The position numbers and the translations under genes were made by a program. The notes under the pieces were generated by a model that was not told the DNA's origin, did no database searches, and saw only the letters and a list, made by a program, of their open reading frames with translations. Positions 24,662 through 36,100 of a DNA stretch of 64,000 nucleotides are shown here, one piece after another (position 1 is the stretch's first letter; each line of letters starts with the position of its first letter). This DNA comes from Utricularia gibba (taxonomy: Eukaryota; Plantae; Magnoliophyta), in assembly GCA_002189035.1 (NCBI GenBank), contig NEEC01000012.1, forward strand, positions 744,001-808,000, given 5' to 3'.

Positions 24662-25970
24662 CCTGACGGCGGGGAGTGGATTGGATTGGATCCAGGGCTA
24701 CTACTGGTTCGCTTTGCTGGTTTGCTTCCGAGGATAAGAGAGGACTGGAGTGTCGTTACATCCACACGTTCTGGTCTATAACCACTAACAAATTAGAATC
24801 CATATTCTGACGTGACGGTAAAGGGAGTGCAAAAAACCGTATCTATCTATTATGCGCCTCTGCATCTAAGCTCTACCATAAACACCACTTTCTTAATTCT
24901 GGATCTACGAAATTTCAACATTCAATGTGAATATTCTCATTCTTTTAATTATTCAACCATTTCAATTATTTGTAAGAAGTAGTTTTGTTGGTTGGTTAAT
25001 TGGTCACATTTTATTCATGAAATGGCTTTGGTTGATATAATTCTGGATACTGTAAAATAATTATATTAGATAGAATAAGTACAAGTAGCTTGGATTAGAA
25101 TTTATGAATTCTATGGCTCGGATCTTTAGTATTCTCTTATTTATTACTTGTCTCTAATATTTAGGAAGAATACCGTCCTCCACTCTTATTAAGAAACTGA
25201 AAGAAAGAAAGAAAGAAATCCAAAAAGTATAAGAAAAAAAGAGCTTATGATAAGAGATAAGAGATAACTAACTTCGGAAGACAAAATACAAATAAATGAA
25301 AATAAAGATAAGGTACCAAAAACCCAATCTGTTTTTGAAGAATCTTATCTAAAGGAAAAAAAAAAGTCCACTTTTTTGTTTGAGAAAGTTCTTACAACTC
25401 TTCTTTTCGATACATTAAACTAATCAATTTGACAATGCCATCAAAAAGGAAATGCCACAATATTTTTTCCTCTAAAAGTACATGAGTTATCACCAAAACT
25501 ATTGATGGGTTGTAAATTGGCCAAAGATAATCAGGCTCTGAAAAGACTGCCGAAAGGAGCTCTGAGGAAACAGTGTCTGCCGACAGACCGATATGTGTCA
25601 GAAATCTGACAGCGGCGGCAATATGGCGCAGTCTGAAAAGCGGCTGAACCATAGCAGAACGAGCGTCAATCATCTGAAAAGTAAGGTCACAGTGAAAGTA
25701 CAAAAAGCAACCGACACCTGCAGAAAGGGCAGATTCATATAGATCGGCCTCCTCGATAAATAGGAGAAGTTCCGAAGAAAGAGGGGTTGAATCCTAATAC
25801 TCAAAAAACTTGTATCGCTTTTTCGATCACCTCCGTCTAGTAGAAGTCTTCTCTGCCGAGCTCCGACAACTCTGTTGTTTTTCCGCCTCACGGTGGTTTC
25901 CACGTAAAAAATCTCTGCCTACAGTCATCTCATCTGGTCGCGTCGAGCGGATTTTCACCCACAACATATT

Positions 25971-25988
25971 TGGCGCCCACCGTGGGGC
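25971..25988 (+). promoter_or_regulatory. Primer-binding site, tRNA-Lys(CUU)
   Basis: Exact TGGCGCCCACCGTGGGGC, 4 nt after the LTR-terminal CA. Confidence 0.93.
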
Positions 25989-26119
25989 CATCTATCGTCC
26001 CACTCGAGAAATCCACAGAGGTCACCCACCAAACATCAACCATGGCAGAAAATAAAATGGCCACGAATTCTGTCCACACAGGAAGCATCGGCATGCGAAA
26101 CCCTGTCCCGAGTGATAAG

Positions 26120-27060
26120 GATAAGCCCTAGTATAACCCGGGCCTCGGTTCCCGCAATTGTACACGTAAGCCCCGAAAAGGCCCTTAAGTACTAACCTTA
26201 CCGTCAAAATCTCGAGACGGCGAGAGCACACAAAGAAAATCCACCTATGCTCAAAACACTAGGGTTTCAGCCAGAAGAGGGCCCATTCAGATTGGGGAAG
26301 TCGCTGAACCCATGAGGGGTCTTCGTCTACTTTCCTAGCAGCGGTTCAACTCGCGTAAGGAAGTACTAAGGCAAATCAAAACTGAAAAGCCCAACCAAAG
26401 GATTCGCAACAAGATATCTATCCCCCGGGTCACAAAAGCCTAGACGAACCCTCAAAATTTATGCCCCGCTAGAGGCACAACAAACCAACTCGGGGCTGCC
26501 CCCAAAACATGTGATCTCCAAAGTCTAGGCCCCAGTGGGAAGGGTAAGCCTGGGTACAACTCGGGCGCTGGTTCCTACAACCGTCACCGTAAGCCTCGAA
26601 AAAGCCTTTAGGTTCAAACCTAATTGCCGAATCTCGAGACGGCGAGAGCGCCCAAAGCAAATCCGCACGTGTTTAAAACAAGGAGATCTCGATCAGAAGA
26701 GGGCCCATACAGATTGGGGAAGTTATTCAACCCAAGAGGGGTCCCCCCCTACTTCCCTAGCAGCAGTTCAGCTAGCATAAGAAACAACCACAACAAATAA
26801 AAATCCCACTAAATGGACGACAATAGATACATGACCTCCGGGTCATGTGGGCCCCGGTAAGCCCCCCAGGTCTAAACCCGTCATGGGCACAACAAACCGA
26901 ATCGAGGCTCTCCCCGAAATATAAGACCTCCAAAACTCTAACACAACTTGGGTGCCAATCCTCCCTAAATGCTGTTCGAATAAGCACCGAAAAAGCTCTA
27001 AATAAAGAGAACGCTGCCGAATCTTGAAATGGTAAACATGCCCGAAACCGATCCGGCTAT
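26120..27060. repeat. Degenerate tandem repeat of about 420 bp (about 2.3 units) in the Tat-2 3' region
   Basis: TCTCGAGACGGCGAGAGC near 26210 and 26632; a weaker third copy near 27020. Confidence 0.8.
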
Positions 27061-28508
27061 GCCTTGAAAGCACGGATCTGACCAGGTGAAGACATATTCG
27101 AAGTAGGGAAATAACTCAAACCCAGGTGGTTCTCGAGCATGTCCTTAATGAAAATCGAGTGATTACAAGAGAATACTTGAGCGAAGAGCCCGGTCGGGTG
27201 ATTGGCGAATCGTGCAACTCGTAAATATCAGTAAAGGCGAAAGTAGTAGAAGCCAAAGATAATAAAATCAGAAAGAAGAATCCCGAACCGGGATCTCAAA
27301 GTTTCCAAAAACCCCAGAATCGGAGACAAGAACATTAGTTCAGCAAAAGAAGAGACAAGGAGATTAAACTTCAGGAGGAGGAGGGGATCGCTGCGAGGAC
27401 CGACTGAGGGGCCAACATCCTCCGAAGCCTCGCCAGCAGTTTGGCCTCATTCTCCCGCTCGATTCTAGACCGAATGAGTGTAATCAAGCGCGCCCGATCA
27501 ACCTCGAATCCGAGTCCAAGTGCAGGGTGAGCATCCGCGATAACATCGAGCATATTCTCATCCTTCGTCAGAGGGTTGACCCTTTCGAAGTGTGGATCCA
27601 TAATGGCCAATCCAAATTCTCTGCTTGTTACGAGTGAAAATCGGTATGGCGGACTGGGCCGATTTCGGGTTGCGGGTGGTATTGTGTCCTTTTTTCTGTC
27701 TGTTCGGTTTGATTGGATAAAATAGAAGTAGGCGGGGATTGTGGAAACCACCGTGAGGCGGAAAAACCACGGAGTTATCGGAGCTTGCCGGAGAAAATGT
27801 TTACTAAACGGAGATGATGGAGAAAGATACAGATTGGGAGGCTAGGGGTCCAATCTTCTTTCCCACCATGATTTCTTCTACTTATGAAGAGGGAAAGGGG
27901 ACCGACCCGACCGAATCATGAGCTTCGCATGTGTCGGCTATCTTTCTGTGCTTGTGCTATGATCTTACTTTTCAGACAATCGTCGCCCATTCTGCCGTGA
28001 TTTAGTTACTCTTCAGACTGAACCATGCAACTCTGTCAGATCCTCTGACAAATATCGATCGGTCGACAGACATTATCTCATCGATGACCTCCAAGAGTCT
28101 AGGCTTCGATGATATGGGTAAGCCAACTCGGGTAACCCGCTTCCTCACATTATTCGTATAAACCCCTCGAAAAAGCTTTAAGCAAAGCCCATGCTCCTCG
28201 TTCTGGATATGGCAAACGCATTTGAAACAGATCCGAATATATCCCGACAGCGTGGATCTCGCCCAAGACGACCTATTGAAAATGAGGCGAGGTTCCACTC
28301 ATAACGAATACTCAAGCACGAAAGTCCAACTATTTAACTCGCCGAGCAAATCGTGCGATTCGCAGATTGAAGCAACCAGTAAAAATAGAAGGCAATATGA
28401 CCAAAATAAGGGAAGCGAAAGAAGCAATCCAAAATCGGGACTCCCCGAAATACCCAAAAAACCCCAAACCGGGGACAAAAATGTTAGCTTCAAGCAAGCG
28501 AAGGAAAA

Positions 28509-30520
28509 TTAAGAGAAACTAAAGTTCAAGGGAGGGAGATCCGTAGGAGGACCAACTGAAGGGCCAACATGCCCCTGTAACCATGCCCGCAGCCTAGCCT
28601 CGTTCTCCCAACCGACCCTAGTTCGGATAAGTGCAACTAGGCGTTCGTGATCCACTTCAAAGCCAAATTCAGGAGCAGGATGAACGTCCGAGATGATGTC
28701 GAACATGTTCTCATCTTTCGTCAAGGGGTTGACACTGTCAAAAAACGGATCCGTAATGGATAGTCCGAACTCCTGGCTGATTTGACGCCTTTGTCGATAT
28801 AGAAGCAGACTGATTAAATCACCGGTGTAGATGTCCAACAATTCGGAGAAGCAAGCCGACTTCACGAAATTCTCCAAAAGCTCCCGCTGGGATGCCTCTT
28901 GCTCGAGTAGTTTGGCCTCTAAGGCCAAAATGCGTTCTTTGCTCTACTTTAACTCCTCCTCAGCCTCTTGAAAACGCATTTTAAAGTTTTCCTTCTCAGA
29001 GTTGGCATCATCGATCGCCTTCCCCATCTCCCTCACTAACGTCTGCAGCTCCTCCTCCCGGCGGGTGCGCTTCCTGAGAATACACCTCAATGCACTCCCT
29101 TCCTCTCCCAGTGAATTTATTTTGGCATCCTATGCCTCAACTTGAGCTCAAAGCTGAGAAACTTCCTCCGTGGTGGATCCCATTTCCTTGGCCATCCCCC
29201 ATGCAAAGGTCAAAGCCTGGAAGAAAGGTAATCAAGTCGTCATCCGAGCGTGCATTATCCTGAGAAAGAATAGAACCTGCCAAATTCCCTTGAGTATAAT
29301 TTCCGGCTCAACTCCTGACATACTCGAAGTCGACTCCTCTAAGGCTTTCCATAGCTCCTCTAAGGCTTTCCGAAAAGGGGTCCCTGCCGAGAACTGGACT
29401 TTCGACAGGCATCAACGAGGGAGACATCTTCTTTTTCCCTTTTCCAGAGGTCGAAAAAGGAGCCGTTTCCCGAATCTCATGAACCTTAGTTACTCGGCCT
29501 CCTTCCGCAGTCAAATCAACAGCATCTGGGTGAACTTCTGGAGAACCGGCCTAGCGGAATAAATAAAAAGGGTCAGACTCGGAAATCGGAAGTCGATGTA
29601 CGGGAAAACAGACCTGTGCGGGAGGAGTCACCTCGGACTCCTGCATCCTCCGCATTTCGGCAAAGAAACGGGACATTACAGAGTCCTCCAGTGCACTTCC
29701 TCGTACCATCTCCTCAGCTGCACACGAAAGTGGGAAAAACGGTGAAACATGATGAAGGCATTATGATTCGGGGAGACAGAGCCTAACTACCTTTGTGCCT
29801 TTTGGAAGGCTTCTGTGCACGAACTTTAACTCTTGTTCTTTTCTTTGGAAGAGAATGGCGAACAGAAGGTTCAGAAATTGGGTCGGGGGAAGATGGAATT
29901 ATCGAATCGGAAATGGGAGGTGTACCAGAAATAACAGGGGTATCGGGTGGAGACTGAAAAAGGTGACGAAATTCCAACTTAGAACCAAGGGGAATGATGA
30001 AATCAGACCAAGGCCCCCCCCCTCCCCTCCCCCCAAATGTGGCCAAGGATCCCGCACGCAGTTAGTGTGTCTCGTGAAAGCATCTGGGATCGGGACTCGT
30101 ATTTCACAGAGCACTCACTGAGCCTCCGATACACATCCCTCCGAGAATCGTTAGAAGGGCGAAAGCGGCCGAAGTTTTTAACCTCAAAGGGACTAGGGGG
30201 TTTAATTGGGAAGTTCCACCTAGCTCCTATAGGGGGAGCAACCCAAATAAAAGAGGACCACTAGTCATGGTGAGTATCGGGAGGTTTAACAACGAAATCG
30301 GGATGATCTTCGAATCGGCGAAACTGAAAGTGAGCACGCCGATGCATCGGCGGTTTAGCTTTTCGAACAGCTATTTTGAAGAGTTGGAAAAAATCCACCA
30401 AAGTCATCGCCGGATCCATTGCCGCCAAATAGAACAAGAAGGCCGTAAAGTAAAAAATTGAGTCTAGGGCCAGGAATTAATCCAGGAATGCGAAGGAGAT
30501 GTGGAGAAAATACGGATACC
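28509..30520 (-). pseudogene. Spliced antisense gene of Tat-2 (N-terminus deleted, scattered stops, one frameshift near 29310)
   Basis: MDPAMTLVDFFQLFKIAVRK matches the Tat-1 copy. GT-AG introns at 29790-29718, 29613-29551 and 29276-29217. The last exon is E/K-rich and ends PPLNFSFS*. Confidence 0.82.
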
Positions 30521-31748
30521 TGAAGAACGCGCAATTTCCGATGAGCGGCACGGCGGCGAACACAATGGAACACGAATGGTGCTGAAACTTCACGAAAGAA
30601 CAAAGAGGGCAAAGGGGAGAAGTGACGGGAAAAAGGCGTATTTATGAAGGAAGTGTTCGGGAGGCAAAACGGCGCACTGTTTGGAGTGCCCAAAATGAGC
30701 GAGAAACAAGCGTGGAGCATCCTGGAGGCGACGCGTGGCGAGGAAATTGTTTTGGGTGAGTTAGAGGCCCAACCTTGAGAGGACGATATGCTCGAAATCG
30801 GAATAGTTACGATTCTGATTCCCCGACTTGCCCGAGAAGGGTCCACATCGGCAAATCAGAGATGGACCGTTTGTGTCAGATCTCTGAAAGGCTGCCAGGT
30901 GGGCTCTCCATGAGATAATGCCTGCCGATAGACCGATATGTGTCAAAGATTTGACAGCGGCAATATGGCACAGTCTGAAAAGTGGCCAAGTCATAGCAGA
31001 ACGGGCAGCGATTGCCTGAAAAGCAAGATGACAGTACAAGTACAGGAAGGTAGCCAACACCTGCAGAACTCATGATTCGGTCAGGTCGGCCTCCTCTATA
31101 AATAGAAGAAATCATAACGACGAGGGGCTTGGACCCTAAGTCTCACAGCCTTTACCTTACTCCACCACCTCCAGTAAGGCAGTTTTCCTGCGAGCTCCAA
31201 CAACTCCGTGGTTTTTTCCATCTTACGGCAGCTTTCCACATAAAAACCTTTGCCTGCCTTTCTTTCTTTCGATCACACTGAACAAATAAAAAAAAAAGCA
31301 TAACAAGGCACGATAATTCTGGTCGCATTTATAACCCAAAAATCGGCCTCACCTCGGATTCCGATTTTCACACCTAACATATAGGTCGATTGTTGATCAT
31401 ATTTTAGTTGAATGCTATTAAAAAATTAAATAAAGGAAGAATTTAAATCTAATGACATATTGTACATACCCTCTCTCTCCCCTATCTCCTTTAGTGCAAT
31501 TTGAGAACTGCTATTAAAATTTTTTCCCCTTTGCATCATATCCTATCATTATTTTCGGTTTGCAAAACACCATTTTTTGTTTATCATTTTTAAAATACCG
31601 TATATTAAATCTCCCTTTTTAGAATTCTAAATCAAAAAAATACAAAGATAATCAAACTAACAAATGAATTAAATTCATATAATTGAAAAACTTACAATTA
31701 TAATTAAATTCAACAATGAACGACATACCTCACTCCATAGGATCATAT

Positions 31749-32041
31749 TGTTGGAGATCAGCCTCAATCCAAAGATTGAAGGTGATTGGAAGCACTAATC
31801 TTGTGTTATAAAGTTATGTTTCAATTAAAAAGTGTTGGGTTCGAGTTGTTGGACTTTTTGTGTGTTTTTAATGATTGTGACCCACTGTTGGGTAACCTGG
31901 GTATTGGGTATATATAAACCCTACTAGGAACACATGTGAATTAGGTTTTTGGTTATTCTTATTGTTCATGAGTCGTTTTTCATCCAAGGTGATCTCATGA
32001 GAATCATCCCCTTTGTTCCTTGCATCAACATGGTATCAGAG
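31749..32041 (+). mobile_element. Copia-type LTR (about 282 bp) plus tRNA-iMet PBS, truncated
   Basis: TGTTGGAG...CATCAACA followed directly by TGGTATCAGAG (32031-32041). Confidence 0.7.
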
Positions 32042-32239
32042 TGTTTGCCTCACGGCACGGCTAGGGCGGCCAAGATGGGTTTCATTCTGGTCAGAGATCC
32101 GGTTAACAAAAAAAAAAAAAACAAGGAGATGCATTGGGGTTAGGTGACAAAAATTAGATCGACCTATAACCCGAGCACTACCTATAATCACACGAAAAAA
32201 AAAACACAAGTCGTAATCAGATCAAAGACCAGTTCGACT

Positions 32240-33150
32240 AAAGGGCGGGTGTTAGAATACAACCCACATCGGAAAATGAAAATGGAATAGTAATCAATTG
32301 GGCCTAATCTTTTCTAATGTGATCCACGTTTCTTATGTACTTGGGCTTCACGTGTGCATTTGCCCGACCCATCGGATCCTGAATTTCAACATGGTATCAG
32401 AGCAGTAAGGTTCTCAAACCTGTGTTCGTTTCAGTATTTTATTTACAGTTCAGCCTTTTTTCACTTAGTGGTTTGCCAAGTATCAACCCGAAGCTTGTCA
32501 AACGGTGGCTATAATGGCATCTGGTAGGGGGCCTCATATATTTGATGGTTCTGAGAATGGAAGTTGGGTCAAAAATATGCGTAGCTACCTTTGAGTCAAA
32601 AAGATTTGGGATGGGGTTGAAAGGGAGATACCGACTATTACAGTAACAAGCAAATCTGCATCAGAACAACAAGAGGAAGCTAAGTATCTTCAACAGAGAA
32701 AAGATGAAGCAATGGATGTCTTATATCAAGCCATTTTTGAGCATCTATTTGATGATATTGTAGAGTGTCAATCAGCGAAAGAAATATGAGATACTCTCAA
32801 ATCCCATTATGATGGTGATGTCAAACTCAGAGAGATAATATGCAAAAACAAGTTCGAGGACTTTGAGAGGAACAAAATATTAGACAATGAAACCATACAA
32901 GTCTATTATGAACGTACTGCGAAGATTGTGAAGTAGATTCGAGGATTGGGGGAAAAACATGAGGCTAAAAAGGTCAGCAAGGCAATCATGAGCCTACCTG
33001 CAAGATTCGAGCCAAAGATATGTGCACTTGAGACAGAAAGAAAAATCCTTGACATTAATGAATGAAAGCTCCATCAACTTTATCTTGAATATACTGTTAC
33101 ACCAAAGCCAACATTTAGAGAGATGATGATTGAGATGCAATCTACAGAAA
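32240..33150 (+). mobile_element. Second copia remnant: PPT-like tract, 142-bp LTR (32250-32391), PBS-iMet and degraded gag
   Basis: AAAGGGCGGG|TGTTAG...TTTCAACA|TGGTATCAGAGC. From 32514: MASGRGPHIFDGS..YQAI..IVECQSAKEI*DTLK..IMSLPARFEPKICALE. Confidence 0.75.
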
Positions 33151-36100
33151 AGAGATTGGAACTAAGAGATGGTTATTAGGTTGAGAAAACTTATGGTAAA
33201 ACTGCTCTCCTCACCAAAATGCAGAAGTATATATTTTGTTACATTCATTAGATTTTTTGTTCCTGAAGAAGAAGGTGTCGTGCACGAGGAACTAGTAGCA
33301 CCTATTCCAGAGGAAAATACTGAAAAATCTAGAGATGAAGTAGAGGCAATTGAGGAAGAACCAATTGCTGAAGAAGAGGCTTTAATGGAAAAAATGACGG
33401 CGAAGATGAAGAATATCGGAATAAGGAAACTGAGCAGGCAGAAGAGGAAGCAGGGAGCGATCACTTGGGAGCACCACAGAAAAGGAAAGCGAAGGTAACA
33501 TTAAAAGAAATAAATTTTTGCCTAAATATGTCCCTTTGTACATGAAAACAGGGAAGTTTGCACAAGAAAAGGAGAAATTCCAGAGGCAAATGACACGCAA
33601 GGGGATACCGTATTTTAAGCATCATGCAGATATGTTGAACACCAAATACTTGACTTTCACAGAAGAAATGCAAGCTGATTGGTACGGTGAGGTCAAGGGT
33701 GCAAAGGTAACACCATGTCGTCATATTGATCACGATATTCTGGTAGAATTAGGAATTGCTAATAGAATTTCTTCTCTGTTTGAAGGCATAGTGTTCATTA
33801 AATTGTTTGAGATGAAATTTCCTGCTTACATTGAATTATCTTACGAATTTGCTGCCACTTTTGTGTATGAAATCCCTGAAATTGTGCAAGACCTTGCTGC
33901 TATCTCTTTTAGATTGATGGATATTGAATTTTCTTTTTCATTGGCTGAATGAAACGTAGCTCTAGGATTCTGTTCAGAACATGATGTAGATTCTCATGAG
34001 TTTGCTGCATCCTTTTTGATTATCTTGATGAATTTGATGCTGAGGAAATTTATGCGATTCTGACCGACCAGAATGCTATAGAATTTAAGGCAAAAGGGAC
34101 TAGGGCAGACTTGTTTGTTGATCCGGTTATGCATTATGTTCATATCCTTGTTATCACAACCCTCTTTGGATGACCTATAGGATTCAATTCTATTTATAAG
34201 TGTGAATTATTTGTCATGTGGTGCATTATGAACAAACGCTCTCTGAACTTAGGTGCTATGATTGCTTAACAAATGACTAGAGACTATAGACGCACTAAAA
34301 TTAAACACTTGAGTTTTGGCAATATCATCACGCATCTTGCATATACTTTATGTCCAAAAAAACTGTCTGAATTGGAATTTTTCCATGTTGAAACTAAGAC
34401 AGTGCCTTTAGATGTGTATTTCTTGAAGGTTGTTGGACTAATTAAAGCCCAAGGGAGTGGGTTTGTTTTTAGATCTTTGGCAGGTGTATGCGGACATTCT
34501 ACCCCTGGAGAAGGCAACTCAAATACCCCTGCTCCTGCAACGTCCAAGGACAACAGCAAGGGATGTTGCTGCCTGGAAATGATCAAGGATTTGAGTGAAA
34601 AAATGTATGATTTAATTCTTGAGGTGCAAAAGCTGAAACAGAGAGTGATTGACTCCTCCCTGAATAAGTAACCTGTTGCTGAACTTATTTCATGAAGTTT
34701 TATTTTATTTTCATTTTTATTTTTAGTTTTAATTTTCCTTAGGATCATGTTCGCGTATGTGTCTACTAGTCTATGCTAGGAGTAGTAGAGGGCTTGTTGT
34801 TTGTTTTATTTAACATCGTAAACTACTTTGAATGCCATATGATTGAACATCATAACTAAGAGATGATTTGGATGTATGAGCTTTCTATGCCTTTTATATT
34901 CCCAGGAGCATGTTTTTACCATCTATTTTATGAGAGCATGCACATGAATAGAGGATCATAGGGAGTGTGATCTATATTAGCTTAAATTGAGTTGGTGGAC
35001 TTCATAATCGTTTTGGGACAGGTTGCTAGTTTAAAAAAAAAAGAGAGAAGAAAAAAAAAGAGAAAAGCAGCATAAAAAAAATGATGAGATCAAAGTCCTG
35101 AAAAGCAACACATAATAAAAAGCATGTGCGGACTTAAGTAGTGAATGGGTGCAAAGACATGGATTGATCTGAAGGAGTAGGAGGAGGCTTGGAGTTATAA
35201 GGTATGAGTGCTTGGCAAACACTCTTTCATAGGGAAGGCCATGACATTATACCCGGATTAGTCCAAAACAAATTGCTTTTCACTATCAAAAGAAAAACAA
35301 GAAAGAGAGAAAGAAAAAAATTTGGCAACCATTGTCCTAAGCGATTTTGGACAAATCAACTTGAGGAAGCAATCTTCGAAAACACTCCCCAAGAGAAATC
35401 TATTCATGCACATTTGAATGATAACATGACATGCACACCAGCACTACTACACCTCATGCATCTGAATTTTATCAAAGTTGTTTATGTTTATGTTTATCAT
35501 TGGCGCTGACAAAGTTAGTTTTCTGTTAGTCTTAGCTAGGACTTGAGAACAAGTCTCGTGTCGTTGTAGCATAGTGTGATGACACACATTTCCTCTGAAT
35601 TTTATAATACAAAATAGTTATATTTTATTATGGTTTAGGTTAGATAAATGTGGTTTTTCATGCTTATGTATGTTTAACTTAATTTTAGGTGTTTATGTTA
35701 AAAAGTGGACTAAATCCATTGATTTAATCCACCACCTTTGTTACTAATGTTTGACTAAGTTCAGCAGGGAGATCAGCCGAAAAATCAGACTTATAAACGT
35801 GTGGAACAAGTGAAAAAGGGCGCAATACCTGAAGAGAGACAAAGAGCACTGTTCTGCCGCTGCATGCAGTATGCAAGTTCAGGTCGAAAATAGTGCTGGG
35901 ATCAGGTGCAATGGAGTGAAGGAGGGGAGATATTTTTCGAAAAGGAGAGAGAGCGAAAAAAAAAAAAACAGACACACTAGAGGAACACAGAATGCACGCA
36001 AGGGGGCCTCTCCCTCAACGTGAAAAATACCAATCAGAAGAGGACAAGGAGGCCCTCATCATCAAGAGCAGCACAAGAGCCCAGTCCAGCACTACTTAGA

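Larger units (their letters stand above)
25503..31379 (+). mobile_element. Non-autonomous, probably chimeric Tat/Retand element (Tat-2): gag-pol deleted, tandem repeats and antisense gene retained
   Basis: 5' LTR 25503-25966 and a perfect tRNA-Lys PBS. Gag start MAENKMATNSVH at 26042 jumps at about 26100 into the 3' repeats. 3' LTR about 30872-31379. The LTRs are only loosely similar and the flanks ACTAT/TATAG do not match. Confidence 0.85.

Noticed and set aside
25498-31384. Target-site duplication for Tat-2
   Set aside because: Flanks ACTAT and TATAG do not match, so it cannot be called an intact insertion.
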